DNA from: a virus
IMG/VR virus record: IMGVR_UViG_3300033153_015023
Coordinates: 16,026 to 80,025 of that record
Length of the DNA: 64,000 nt
Strand: one strand, 5' to 3'
A program made the position numbers and the translations under genes. Below the pieces are notes generated by a model that was given only the letters and a program-made list of their open reading frames with translations, was not told the origin of the DNA and did no database searches. This document shows, piece by piece, positions 41,467-52,119 of this stretch. Every line of letters starts with the position of its first letter. Position 1 is the stretch's first letter.

Positions 41467-41933
41467 GTCGATTATACATGGAAGATGCTCTTGATAATCT
41501 TAAGAGCTACTATGAGGACAATCTCGATGGTAAACTTACTACAATCGAAAGTGAGCGAGGAGAGAACATCCCTCGGTTAGGAAATCTCACGGTTGGAGAG
41601 TCTACTGTTCAAAAGTTTCCTCGAATGGAGATTCTTCCTGATGATACAGATCACGATTATGGATTCGAAGATCGTCCTCTCACTCATCCATGGTTAGTTC
41701 ACTCGATTTTGATTTGGGTTGAACATACATCTGGAAGCAAAGAAGTTGTGAGAAAGACGTTGATGAGATATGTCGAAGCAATAAATAAACTAGCAGAAGA
41801 TAATAACAATACATTTGCAGGATTTGTAAATGTGGAATTGGGGGTAGAAGATTACACTCCTATGATCGAGGATCAGAAAGAGAAAAAAATGATCCAGGGT
41901 GTTTCAATGCAAATGACGTGTAAGTCTTTGTAA
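41463..41933 (+). CDS. Probable tail terminator protein
   Basis: Acidic 156 aa directly before the tail tube gene; assigned by synteny. Confidence 0.55.
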   Translation: MSRLYMEDALDNLKSYYEDNLDGKLTTIESERGENIPRLGNLTVGESTVQKFPRMEILPDDTDHDYGFEDRPLTHPWLVHSILIWVEHTSGSKEVVRKTLMRYVEAINKLAEDNNNTFAGFVNVELGVEDYTPMIEDQKEKKMIQGVSMQMTCKSL

Positions 41934-41954
41934 ATATTTTAATGGAGGAAAACA

Positions 41955-43259
41955 ATGCCTAGTATAAATAATATAAAATTGACTGTAGGTGTTGAAAGTG
42001 GTATGTCTGCTGGGTCGGCGGCTCCTCGTACAAAGGTAGTTCCGATCTCTGGCGTTGTTTCTATTGATCGAAAAGCAAATACAGGTGAAGACCCTGCGAT
42101 CGTAGGAAATAACATGACGTCCGGAGAATATATTCTCTTTGCAGATGTAGGAGGTGAAATTCCTTTAGCAGTTCGTCCTACTGGAGGTTATGCAGCACTT
42201 GTAAAATCTGCTCTTGGAACTGAGGAGGATCCACCCGTGCAAGTTGGTGGGTGTATGAGATTTCGGTATACCGGATCAGAAGCAAGTTGTCAGGTAGAAG
42301 TGAAACCTGATACTGATAATGAGATAGTATCGAAAATTGGTGTGAAGGGTTCAGAGGCTGTTGACAGTAATTTTGGAGCCGATGGTATTCTTGATTTGTC
42401 TGCAGTAGATCAAGATACTCTCGGAGAACTTGTAACTGTGATTGATGCGTATGATGACTATGATGCAGAGAAGGTTTTCGGCGGAGATTCTTTAGACATT
42501 AAAACGGTTGCTGTAGAACTTCAGTATGGACAAGGAAAAAATACTTGGGTGTATGTTTGGTTTAGTGCCGCTGCATCTGGAGTGTATCGTCATGTTTTTA
42601 CAGCAGATTTAAGTAGCTCAGAAAAGCCGACTCTCTCACTTCAGAAAGACGGTTACCAGGACAACTTCCTTTATGCAGGATGTGTTATTGATGTACTTTC
42701 TCTAAGTGGTGCATTAAAAGCTATTATAGAGGGGAGCGCGACTGTTCTTGGTTTTACAGAAACAGCAAGTCAGAGTGCAAGCAGCTTATCTCTTGCAGAT
42801 GTTGATCCGGTTATCTTTTACAACGGAGACTTTTCGATTGGTGGTAAGGACTATGACTACATCCGGAACTTCGACCTTTCAATTGCAAATAATCATAATC
42901 CGGATGGGTATGGAGTTGCATCACTTGATCGACAGTATCATCAAAAAGGGAAGATGGAGATTACTGGGACGATGGTAGTCAGATTAGATTCAGATTCTTT
43001 TGCAGAAAGAGCAAAGGTATTTGCAGATACACAAGTTGCACTGAGCTTTTATTTTAAAGGCGATGATATTGCAACAGATATTCCAGAATTAATGCTTATT
43101 GAATTACCTTATTGTAGCTTACAGAACTTCGACTTCTCCGAGAATGCTGGAGTATTTGATGCTTCTATGGGATTCAAGGCAACTAAGCCAAAGGGTACTG
43201 TATACAATGAGCCGATTACTTTTACGATGCTGAATACAGATAGTGCTGTGTGTAAATAA
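41955..43259 (+). CDS. Tail tube (major tail) protein with internal insertion
   Basis: VGVES, V.GEI, YRHVFT, PTLSL, YAGC.I, FDLSIANN, EITG.M. Confidence 0.78.
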   Translation: MPSINNIKLTVGVESGMSAGSAAPRTKVVPISGVVSIDRKANTGEDPAIVGNNMTSGEYILFADVGGEIPLAVRPTGGYAALVKSALGTEEDPPVQVGGCMRFRYTGSEASCQVEVKPDTDNEIVSKIGVKGSEAVDSNFGADGILDLSAVDQDTLGELVTVIDAYDDYDAEKVFGGDSLDIKTVAVELQYGQGKNTWVYVWFSAAASGVYRHVFTADLSSSEKPTLSLQKDGYQDNFLYAGCVIDVLSLSGALKAIIEGSATVLGFTETASQSASSLSLADVDPVIFYNGDFSIGGKDYDYIRNFDLSIANNHNPDGYGVASLDRQYHQKGKMEITGTMVVRLDSDSFAERAKVFADTQVALSFYFKGDDIATDIPELMLIELPYCSLQNFDFSENAGVFDASMGFKATKPKGTVYNEPITFTMLNTDSAVCK

Positions 43260-43274
43260 TAAAGGAGAAAAGAA

Positions 43275-43733
43275 ATGGGTTGGAAAGATGATGCCAGAAA
43301 GGTGCAAAGAGAACATAAAGTAGAGTTAAAAACTTTACCAGAACATTGGGTTATCGTTCGCAAGTTTACTATTTTACAAAATGAAAAAATGAATGCTTGG
43401 CGGGATCGTATTGAGTTGGATAAAGACGGAATTCCGAAGCTAAAGAAGGAAGGAGAGTTTCACGGGTTTTTTAAACTTGTGCTCTCTTTTGGCATTCTTG
43501 ACTCCAATTTTACAAAAGAAGATAATGTTACTGAAAGCTTTCAAGATACAGAGTTTTTAGATGAGTTAATGCAGTATGCAGAAGTTGCAGAAGAAATATA
43601 TACTGCAGTGTTGGAGTATAACCGCCCTTTAGCAAAAGCGAACGACAAGCTATTAGAGACTGTACAGAATGGATTAGTAGAGGAACAAAGTTCAAAGAAG
43701 GAGAAAAACTCCCAGACGGAACAGACCCGGTAA
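43275..43733 (+). CDS. Tail assembly chaperone (G form)
   Basis: Between tube and tape measure; contains a slippery heptamer. Confidence 0.8.
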   Translation: MGWKDDARKVQREHKVELKTLPEHWVIVRKFTILQNEKMNAWRDRIELDKDGIPKLKKEGEFHGFFKLVLSFGILDSNFTKEDNVTESFQDTEFLDELMQYAEVAEEIYTAVLEYNRPLAKANDKLLETVQNGLVEEQSSKKEKNSQTEQTR

Positions 43734-43960
43734 ATAAACTTCAGAAATGGGGTCCATTTATCGCTGACTGCCTTCGGTTTCTTGATGGTGATGGAACATA
43801 TCGGCATTGGAAGTATGGCTCAGACTACAGTGAACAGCCGTGGATAGACGTTCAGATTTACGATGAGATTCGTAGTAGACATGCACAACTAGAGAACGAA
43901 AAAATTAAACAGATGACAAAAGTATCACCTAATCTTTCTATGCGACCGAGGAGTAGATAA
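43625..43960 (+). other. Programmed -1 frameshift site and GT extension of the chaperone
   Basis: C CCT TTA at 43625-43631; the -1 frame is open to TAA 43958-43960, abutting the TMP ATG. Confidence 0.8.
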
Positions 43961-46339
43961 ATGGGTACTCGTACCAATGTTGATATAGAAATAAGAGCAA
44001 AAGATAAAGCCTCAAAAGAAATAAAGAAGACAGAGAAGTCTCTTGGTGGTATAGAAAAGAGTGCCGGTGCTCTGATTGGAAAAATGGCTGGAGTAGCTGC
44101 CGGGGTTGCTGTAGCTGGAGTAGCTTTGACAAAAGCATTCGATGCTGCTCAATATGCAGCGACAGTTCAGCAGACAGAAATGTCATTTCGATCAATAGCA
44201 GCTGAAGCTGGAGTGATGGCAGACGATGTTATTGATAATATGAAGAGAATGTCCGGAGAGACAATTAATGAACTTGATATGATGTTAGCTGCAAATAGAG
44301 CTAACTTATTAGGTTTGCCTGTAGATAAGTTTGATGAGTTAATGGCAATTGCTCGTGCGTCTGCTACTGCTACCGGTGGTGCAGTAAAAGATATGTTTAG
44401 CGATATTGTAGTTGGTATTGGTCGTGCGTCTCCAATGATTTTAGACAATTTAGGTATTGTAGTAAAAGTCGGTAAAGCCAACCTGGACTATGCAACTGCA
44501 ATTGGTAAAACTGTTAAACAATTAACTGATCAAGAAAAGAAAACTGCTCTTCTTAATGCTGTTCTCAAAAGCGGTGAAGATATAATTCGAAAAGTAGGAG
44601 AAGCAGGCCAAACAGTTACAGCAGCAGAATACTTTCAGCAAGCAGAAGCCGCTGCAACCGATTTAAAGGCGACTATCGGTGAGCTTCTACTTCCTACCTT
44701 TATAACATTTTCAACCTACCTTACAAAAGCCCTTCGTGCAATTCGTGACATGATTCAACAAACTCAGGCAGTTAGAGAAGCAATGTCTATTGATGTTTTA
44801 ACCGGAACACTGGCAGAGCTACAAAAAAGTTATGATGTATTAACAGAACAGATTAATACGTTAACCGCTTCTCAGGAAGCAGGAATGAAAACACAGGGTA
44901 GAACTAGAGAGGAAACCGATGCGGAAATACGTGCGTTAGGACAACAGAGAGAAGCAATTGGTGCCAATATCTATTGGCTAAAGCTTCAAGCAGCAACAAA
45001 AGAGAATAATATTGACGCAGCAAAGGGTCTTATCGAAGTAGAAACTAAATTAAAAAATCTTTGGACAGATACTCATGGTTTGGAAGAATATGGTAAATGG
45101 TTGGATAAATTGTATCAGCAGACAGAGCAAGCGGGATTAGATAAGCTTTGGATTCAAGTAGAACGTGCCCAAGCTAATCTTGTTACTGCAACTGGAGAAG
45201 AAGCAGATAAATTAAAATTAGTTATTGACATGCTTCAAGAAAAGATACTAGCACAGTCAAAGTATGTTGATGACGAAGCAGAGATCATGGCTATTCTTGA
45301 TGCAGAAAATGAAAAAAGAAAAGCTCTGTGGGAAGAAGAAAAAGCACGTCAAAAGGAATTGGCAGATGCAAAAAAGGTAGCAGAAGCCACTTTAGCTCAA
45401 TTAATGATGACGGATTTAGAAAGACAATTATCAATGATTGATATGCAAAAAGATGCCTTTATAGAAGCAGGTCTCTCTCGAATAGAAGTAGAATTATGGT
45501 ATCAACAGGCACAGGAAGAGACATGGGAAAAGAACAAAAAAATTACAGAGGAGATGGAGAGGCAAGCTGAGATAGCCGCTAGTAGAGCTGGTTTTGGAGT
45601 TTTCCTAGGTGCAGCAGAAAGTTTTGCAAAGACAGAAGTTGGAAAAGGAGCCGTTGGTGAAAAGCTTGGTTTAGACGTCAATCCATTAATGGATGCAATA
45701 ACTGCAATCGCAGATGCATTTTTAAATGTTACTTCCATCCTTGCTCTTTTTAATCCAATAAAAACAATATTGCAAGGAGTGATGTCCGTTTTAGGTCCTC
45801 TAATAGATGAAGTACTTGCTCCGATTATTGGTATTCTTAAAGTTATAGGAAACGTTGTTGGAAAATTGTTAGTGCCTGTTTTTAAAGTATTGGGATTAGC
45901 AACTGAAGCGATAGGAAAAGCATTTGTTTGGTTATATAATAACGCCATTAGACCGCTAGGTAATTTTATTTTGAAGGTAATTACTACTGTTGGAAACTTT
46001 TTTATCGGTGCTATAAATGCAGTAATCCGAGCATTAAATAAAATCCCTTTTGTAAATATTAGGACTATTGCAAAATTAAATTATGAGGCAATGAAGTTAC
46101 AGGCAATTACGTATGAAGGTCTGGTTGGTGCTGGAACCGAAGGTGAACCAGGTGAGCCGGGTGCACCGGGTAGTACCACTTCTATTCAACGTGCTCCAGA
46201 TATTTATATTACAATTAATGTAGATGGTAGTGTTTATGGCGCAGGAGGTCCTCTAGAAGTAGGAGAACAAATGGCAAGAGCTCTTGAAGAGTATGCTGGA
46301 ATTGGTGGAAGAATTCACATTGCGGAGGCAATAGCATAA
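43961..46339 (+). CDS. Tail tape measure protein
   Basis: I.I.AKDKAS, GIGR.S.MILDNLGI, Ala-rich helices, IYITINV near C-terminus. Confidence 0.9.
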   Translation: MGTRTNVDIEIRAKDKASKEIKKTEKSLGGIEKSAGALIGKMAGVAAGVAVAGVALTKAFDAAQYAATVQQTEMSFRSIAAEAGVMADDVIDNMKRMSGETINELDMMLAANRANLLGLPVDKFDELMAIARASATATGGAVKDMFSDIVVGIGRASPMILDNLGIVVKVGKANLDYATAIGKTVKQLTDQEKKTALLNAVLKSGEDIIRKVGEAGQTVTAAEYFQQAEAAATDLKATIGELLLPTFITFSTYLTKALRAIRDMIQQTQAVREAMSIDVLTGTLAELQKSYDVLTEQINTLTASQEAGMKTQGRTREETDAEIRALGQQREAIGANIYWLKLQAATKENNIDAAKGLIEVETKLKNLWTDTHGLEEYGKWLDKLYQQTEQAGLDKLWIQVERAQANLVTATGEEADKLKLVIDMLQEKILAQSKYVDDEAEIMAILDAENEKRKALWEEEKARQKELADAKKVAEATLAQLMMTDLERQLSMIDMQKDAFIEAGLSRIEVELWYQQAQEETWEKNKKITEEMERQAEIAASRAGFGVFLGAAESFAKTEVGKGAVGEKLGLDVNPLMDAITAIADAFLNVTSILALFNPIKTILQGVMSVLGPLIDEVLAPIIGILKVIGNVVGKLLVPVFKVLGLATEAIGKAFVWLYNNAIRPLGNFILKVITTVGNFFIGAINAVIRALNKIPFVNIRTIAKLNYEAMKLQAITYEGLVGAGTEGEPGEPGAPGSTTSIQRAPDIYITINVDGSVYGAGGPLEVGEQMARALEEYAGIGGRIHIAEAIA

Positions 46340-49300
46340 TGGCACTTTTTGTTCCTACAACTGAAAACTTTAGAACCGCTGTAGAAGATAGGAAATCTCT
46401 CCGCTATATAAAAGTTTTAATTGATATAGATGATGATGATGTACTTGAAGATGTTACTTCTAAACTCGATAGTAATTATGTTCAGGGCGGAGGAAGCGGT
46501 CAAGGTGAGCTGGGTGTTTCCACAAAACAATATTCTGTAAAATTAAGAAATTCTGATCAAACATACGCAGACGGTGATTTTGCCGGAGCTATCTGTGCAA
46601 TTGAAGCTCAGGTAGGATCGACAGAATATGTGCGTATTTTTACAGGGATTGTTTCTGATGAAGGGTGTCAAAGAAGTAAGAAGACGAAGTCAGATGATGT
46701 GGTTACAATCAGAATGCACGACTCTTCCAAGTCAAGAGGAATGCGTGTAAAACCCAGACCAACTACATACATAGGTTATAAAATATGTGATACCGTAACT
46801 CCAGCAGCTTCTCTCTTTCACCAATTAGCCTATCTATTGGGTCTCTCAGAATCCGATCTTGTAACAGTTACAATTGACCAGACAAAAGACTATTTACCAC
46901 TCGATGGAAAAGTTACCGCATGGCAGGAATTACAAAACCTGTGTGCACAGTATATTGGACACATGTGTTTCCGTTATGACGGAAAACTACTATTTGTTTC
47001 AAGGCATCAAACAGGTTGGACTGATCCTACTTCGGAATGGACTTTTGATGACAGTAATATTCATAGCTGGAATGGAAGAAACAGCTCAGTTGTTTGTAAT
47101 AAAGTAAAAACAGTTTTTGAAAAATATGAGAATCTCGGTGCAAGAACAATATATAAAAATACCGATGATTGGGATTCGACGAACGAGAGAAATGCAATTA
47201 CAATAGCAGCAGGTGATTATTGGCCGGGACCTAATTCTCAGGATTTAGCCAGACTTATGTATAAAGATCCTGCCTCTGGTGAAAGTTTTCCTATTGGAAT
47301 TAGTATTCAACCACCTTCAATTGGTGCTGTTGGTAGCGGATCTGATATTGAATGTGAAGGTGGTTTATTAACTCTTATCAGTTTTAATGGTTCAACTGGA
47401 GACACTCATCAAAATCCTGGAAGCTCTGAAATAATTCTACGGAATAATACAGGTTCTACTATTACTATTCGTAAGTTCATAATTAGAGGTACTCCTTTAA
47501 GAATACAAAAAAAATGTATTGTAGAGGATGTTGATGCTGATATTGTTGATGACTGGGATTATATAGAAAAAACAATTTCTGGAAAATACGCTGTTAGTGA
47601 TACACAGGCTCATATTTCTACACAGCGGTGGCTTGAGTTTGGAAAGGTTCCGAGAAAGATTTTTGATTTTGTGACTGATTGGATTCCGCAGATTCAGGAA
47701 GGCGCTGTAGTTACATTCAATCCTGACGCTTCGATCGATCTATCTGGTGTTGTCGAATCGTATTCTCATACAATAAATGGTCCTTATCGAAAATGGAAAA
47801 CAAAAATATCTATACGTGAGAAAGAAGATTTTACACCTTCAGGTGATGCAAATGTAGTAGAGGAGGATCAAGGTGATTCCGCTACAGAAACAGCAGAAAC
47901 TTTTGTAACTCATGAAGAAGCTCAAAATGGTTATGATGATGCCCCTAGTGGAGGAACAACTACTCCTACTCAACCTACGGCAAATGCTCAAGGTTACTAT
48001 AAAACTATCGTAATAAAATGGGATCGGCAATTGAATCTTACCAACTTCGATCACTATGAAATTCAGGTTTCAGAAGATCAATCGGATTGGTATAGTCTTG
48101 CATTTGATGGTGAAGGTGCTTTTAAAGGTTGGGGTGGTGCACTTGCAGGACTTACTGAAGTACCAATTGAATATATCCTCCATGAGAATATTCCTGCTGG
48201 CGGAACAGAAGATAATCCAACTGCAACAACTCTTTATTATCGTGTACGAAGGGTAACAAAAGCAGCAGATAATTCAGATTGGTCTGCAATTGTAAACGGA
48301 AGTACGGCTGCAATTGCATCTGGTGATATTTTAGTAAAAGCAATTTCTGCTGCAAAAGTAGACGCAGAAAACTTCTTGTTATTAAATGAAACCGGGCTTG
48401 TAGGATATTGGTCTTTAGATGATGGATCAGGAGTTACTGCTTTAGATCAAAGTGGGAATAAAAATAATGGTACTTTAGAAGGCTCTGCTCCTACATGGGT
48501 AGATGGAATAAGTGGAAAGGCTGTTAATTTTCCCGGGACAAATGAAAGATTAGATTGCGGGAACGGTGCTCCTTTAGATGAAATAGGCAACGGTAGTTTC
48601 TCAATATCTTTTTGGATGAAGAGTAAAGATACAGTACCATTAAGTAACGGTAGATTGTTTGATAAAGTAGAAACAGGTAATAATTATATTCTTTTAGATA
48701 GCTTCGGTACTGCTAATCGTTTTCGTTTCGGATTAAAGATTGGAAATATAGGAGCTATAGCAAATTTTAGTGAAGATACAGCTCCCTTTGATACGAATTG
48801 GAATCATATCGCTTTAATAATAAATAGAACTACTGATTTAGCCACTCTTTATATGAATACAATAAAAGATGCTACAGAAATTGATCTTAGTAGTTGTCCT
48901 GCTAATTGTTCTAATACAGCTAATGTAGCATGGGGAGGGAAAAATGATGGGGCCAATCCCTATGAAGGCTATCTTGACGAACTCCGTATCTACAACCGAG
49001 TATTAACTGAAGCAGAAATAAAGTATCTTTACATGAATCCTTCCGGCAATATTCCCGCTATGTTCGCAGCAGAGAGGATTATCGCAGAATCTATTACTAC
49101 AGATAAACTTCATGCAGAAGCAGTTACAGCAGAAAAAATAGCTTCTCTTGCAATCACTACTGCCAAATTATCTACTGTTGCAATCAAAGCTCCCACTGAA
49201 GGTCTAGTAGGTTGGTGGACTCTTGATGATGGTAGTGGGACTACTGCTATTGATTCTTCGGGGAATGGAAACGATGGGACACTTACTGCTGGTGCGGGTG

Positions 49301-50907
49301 CTTGGGAGGATGGGAAATCAGGGAAAGCTTATCATTTTGATGGAGCCGCCTCTTTTATAGATTTGACCACTGAGTATATTTTCCAGGCAGCGGGTGCTTG
49401 GTCTATATCTCATTGGTTTAAATCTGATGATGTATCAATCTTACAAAACTTTCTCAGTTCAGAGGCCAACTATAATTTAAAATATTGGGGGATTACTGGT
49501 TCAAAATTGGCAATTTGGGGTATAACAGAAGCGGGCTGGAGGTACGGTGACACAACTTTAGTTTCGGATACCTGGTATCATGTTGTGCTTGTTCATAATG
49601 GTAGCGGTCAATTAAAATATTATCTTAATGCAGATCTCGATGCAACCCATGAATTAACTACAGCAGAATGTGCTGGGAGATTTAGACATATTGGAGTCTG
49701 GAGTGATAGGTCTAGTCGGTTTTTTGGTGGCATTATTGACGAACTCCGTATTTACAACCGTGCTCTAACCCACGCTGAAGTATTAGCTCTCTACATAGCC
49801 CCTGGTGGATACAACCCTGGTCTTATTACTACGGATAGACTTCAAGCAGGTTCTGTAGTAGCTGATAAAATAGAGGCTGGTACTATTACTGCTGTTCAAA
49901 TGGCAGCCACTGCACTTGAAGCACTCTATGCTAAAGTTGCCTACGTACTGACAATTGGGCAGGATTACACGGGAGATCCTGTTGCAGGCAATCAACGGCT
50001 TCGGCTTGATAAGAATGAATTTGCTCTTCAGGAATACGATGGATCTGCGTGGAAAGCTATTACTCAGTTTGGTGGTGATGATTCTTTAAAATGGTATTTG
50101 CAATCAAGGGGTCTGATTAAAACCGGTACCGATATATCAGGACTGGTTATGGGACATAAAATTCTTAGTTCTTCCGCTGACTTTTTTGACTTTGAGGATG
50201 ATTATAAGGACCAAAATGAAAATGATCCCTGGGATACAAAGAAAGACCTGTCTTTTTCTTCAAGCTTTAAATTCGGCACAAAAGCTCTTGTTAATGCGAC
50301 TGATAAGATAGGTGTTTTGAGAGACTTAGCCGCACTTGGGATAACCAACACTGATTTTAGTTTAGCGGGTTGGCATTATAAACCATCCGTATCAACAGAA
50401 CGTATGCTGTTCGGTATAACGAAGGGCGGAATTACCTGGACAATAAGAACCAGTGCTGCTGATAATAGTTGGTTTAGTGTTTGTTGGAGTCCTGAACTAA
50501 GTTTGTTCTGTGCCGTTGCAGATTCCGGTATAGGCAATCGAGTAATGACATCTCCCGATGGAATTACCTGGACAATAAGAACCAGTGCTGCTGATAATAA
50601 TTGGCTTAGTGTTTGTTGGAGCCCTGAACTAAGTTTGTTCTGTGCCGTTGCAGCCAACGGTACAGGCAATCGAGTAATGACATCTCCCGATGGAATTACC
50701 TGGACAATAAGAACCAGTGCTGCTGATAATAGTTGGCTTAGTGTTTGTTGGAGTCCTGAACTAAGTTTGTTCTGTGCCGTTGCTTATTCCGGTACAGACA
50801 ATCGAGTAATGACATCTCCCGATGGAATTACCTGGACAATAAGAACCAGTGAGGTACTTCTGTTTCTCAAACACGTGATGCAGCAGCTTCTCAATGGCAT
50901 CATATAG
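46339..50907 (+). CDS. Large tail tip / receptor-binding protein (FN3-like, two LamG domains, beta-propeller repeats)
   Basis: GLVG.W.LDDGSG.TA.D.SGN.N.GTL ... DELRIYNR.LT twice; LYYRVRRV; S.DG.TW repeats; apparently frameshifted near 50850. Confidence 0.8.
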   Translation: MALFVPTTENFRTAVEDRKSLRYIKVLIDIDDDDVLEDVTSKLDSNYVQGGGSGQGELGVSTKQYSVKLRNSDQTYADGDFAGAICAIEAQVGSTEYVRIFTGIVSDEGCQRSKKTKSDDVVTIRMHDSSKSRGMRVKPRPTTYIGYKICDTVTPAASLFHQLAYLLGLSESDLVTVTIDQTKDYLPLDGKVTAWQELQNLCAQYIGHMCFRYDGKLLFVSRHQTGWTDPTSEWTFDDSNIHSWNGRNSSVVCNKVKTVFEKYENLGARTIYKNTDDWDSTNERNAITIAAGDYWPGPNSQDLARLMYKDPASGESFPIGISIQPPSIGAVGSGSDIECEGGLLTLISFNGSTGDTHQNPGSSEIILRNNTGSTITIRKFIIRGTPLRIQKKCIVEDVDADIVDDWDYIEKTISGKYAVSDTQAHISTQRWLEFGKVPRKIFDFVTDWIPQIQEGAVVTFNPDASIDLSGVVESYSHTINGPYRKWKTKISIREKEDFTPSGDANVVEEDQGDSATETAETFVTHEEAQNGYDDAPSGGTTTPTQPTANAQGYYKTIVIKWDRQLNLTNFDHYEIQVSEDQSDWYSLAFDGEGAFKGWGGALAGLTEVPIEYILHENIPAGGTEDNPTATTLYYRVRRVTKAADNSDWSAIVNGSTAAIASGDILVKAISAAKVDAENFLLLNETGLVGYWSLDDGSGVTALDQSGNKNNGTLEGSAPTWVDGISGKAVNFPGTNERLDCGNGAPLDEIGNGSFSISFWMKSKDTVPLSNGRLFDKVETGNNYILLDSFGTANRFRFGLKIGNIGAIANFSEDTAPFDTNWNHIALIINRTTDLATLYMNTIKDATEIDLSSCPANCSNTANVAWGGKNDGANPYEGYLDELRIYNRVLTEAEIKYLYMNPSGNIPAMFAAERIIAESITTDKLHAEAVTAEKIASLAITTAKLSTVAIKAPTEGLVGWWTLDDGSGTTAIDSSGNGNDGTLTAGAGAWEDGKSGKAYHFDGAASFIDLTTEYIFQAAGAWSISHWFKSDDVSILQNFLSSEANYNLKYWGITGSKLAIWGITEAGWRYGDTTLVSDTWYHVVLVHNGSGQLKYYLNADLDATHELTTAECAGRFRHIGVWSDRSSRFFGGIIDELRIYNRALTHAEVLALYIAPGGYNPGLITTDRLQAGSVVADKIEAGTITAVQMAATALEALYAKVAYVLTIGQDYTGDPVAGNQRLRLDKNEFALQEYDGSAWKAITQFGGDDSLKWYLQSRGLIKTGTDISGLVMGHKILSSSADFFDFEDDYKDQNENDPWDTKKDLSFSSSFKFGTKALVNATDKIGVLRDLAALGITNTDFSLAGWHYKPSVSTERMLFGITKGGITWTIRTSAADNSWFSVCWSPELSLFCAVADSGIGNRVMTSPDGITWTIRTSAADNNWLSVCWSPELSLFCAVAANGTGNRVMTSPDGITWTIRTSAADNSWLSVCWSPELSLFCAVAYSGTDNRVMTSPDGITWTIRTSEVLLFLKHVMQQLLNGII
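50428..50850 (+). repeat. 3.2 near-identical 132-nt (44-aa) tandem repeats
   Basis: Units begin at 50428, 50560, 50692 and 50824 with GGAATTACCTGGACAATAAGAACCAGT. Confidence 0.95.
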
Positions 50908-51626
50908 GGATAACTGTTAGAGATGATGCTGGACAACAGAAATGGGGATTGGTTGTAGATAGTTGGAGCGTTGAAACTAATATCGCTGCTCATCCTATTG
51001 CAACAGGTAGCAGCCTCCAGTTCTATCTTCGAGACGGTAGCAGGCTTGATGACTGGATAGTACATGCCTCTGATGCTGTTTTGACCCTAGCTGAAATTAT
51101 AATCCATTACCAATCTGGGCAACCCTGGGTAAAAAATAGCGATATAGATTATTTGCTAGATTTGATTATCAAGACAAAAAGCGGCGGGGATGTAGTTATA
51201 GATGGGGATGTAGTTATAGCTGATGGACTTTCTTTTGGTAGCGAGGAAGCTATAGGCTCGGGATGGCATAAAATAGCCAATCCACCCACAGGTTGGAAAG
51301 CCTCGAAAACCAGTTGGGCTACTGCCGATAATTTTGATCAAGGATTAGAGGTTACTTTTTCGGAGGTTCCGGCAGGGGCAAAAGCTGTTAGATGTGTATA
51401 CCACAAAGGAGCTACAGCAGGATATATTTATTGGAGAAAATCTGGAGACACAAATATATCTAATACTCCTCATGCTTCAAATGAGTATTCTCATGCTCCT
51501 TTTACGCTTGAATTATATCGTGGGATTGCAGTTTTTTGGCTTAGTAGTGATTATAAAGTCCAATTTACAGTAGCTAATTCAGGTACTGATTTATACATAG
51601 CCTATCCTACGGAGTATCTAATATGA
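50853..51626 (+). CDS. Out-of-frame C-terminal continuation of the tail protein
   Basis: Frame open from 50853 reads GTSVSQTRD...QWHHIGITV...LDDW, completing the third LamG domain. Confidence 0.65.
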   Translation, partial: GTSVSQTRDAAASQWHHIGITVRDDAGQQKWGLVVDSWSVETNIAAHPIATGSSLQFYLRDGSRLDDWIVHASDAVLTLAEIIIHYQSGQPWVKNSDIDYLLDLIIKTKSGGDVVIDGDVVIADGLSFGSEEAIGSGWHKIANPPTGWKASKTSWATADNFDQGLEVTFSEVPAGAKAVRCVYHKGATAGYIYWRKSGDTNISNTPHASNEYSHAPFTLELYRGIAVFWLSSDYKVQFTVANSGTDLYIAYPTEYLI

Positions 51627-51876
51627 CCATGTATAGACTATTTGAAGGTGGTTATGAGGGTTTTCTTGATGATAGGGTTCCAGCGGAATACAAAGATATT
51701 GTTGTAGATAAATTGCCACAAAGTATTATTGACGCTGAAAAAGCGATAGAGCAGGAAATAAAAGAGAAAGCTGATTATGTAGAAGCCATGCCAAACCTGG
51801 TTAAAAACATGGCAGTAGAAATAGAGAGCCTGAAAAGCAAAGTAAAAATATTAGAAGCAGCAAAGGAGATTGCAAA

Positions 51877-52110
51877 ATGACACTAAGGGAACTGCAAGAC
51901 CATTCAGATAAAAGGGACGATATTCTTGAAGGCAAGCTGGATAAGATCGATTATTTTCTCAATAACGGGTTATCAGAGAAAATCATTAAAGGGATTACCG
52001 ATTATCTTGATAAACAGATGGCAAAGAGGGTAAGGCTATTTTGCAAGGTATTCATCACTGCCGTTATTGTAACTTTGGTGAGCTGTGGATTAAAACTGTT
52101 GTTTTTTTGA
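51877..52110 (+). CDS. Small protein with C-terminal transmembrane helix (lysis region)
   Basis: Coiled-coil N-terminus and hydrophobic C-terminus. Confidence 0.5.
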   Translation: MTLRELQDHSDKRDDILEGKLDKIDYFLNNGLSEKIIKGITDYLDKQMAKRVRLFCKVFITAVIVTLVSCGLKLLFF

Positions 52111-52119
52111 GGTGATAAT

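Noticed and set aside
50428-50850. Possible CRISPR array or DGR repeat
   Set aside because: Contiguous in-frame 132-nt coding repeats with no spacers; no cas or reverse transcriptase gene in the window.
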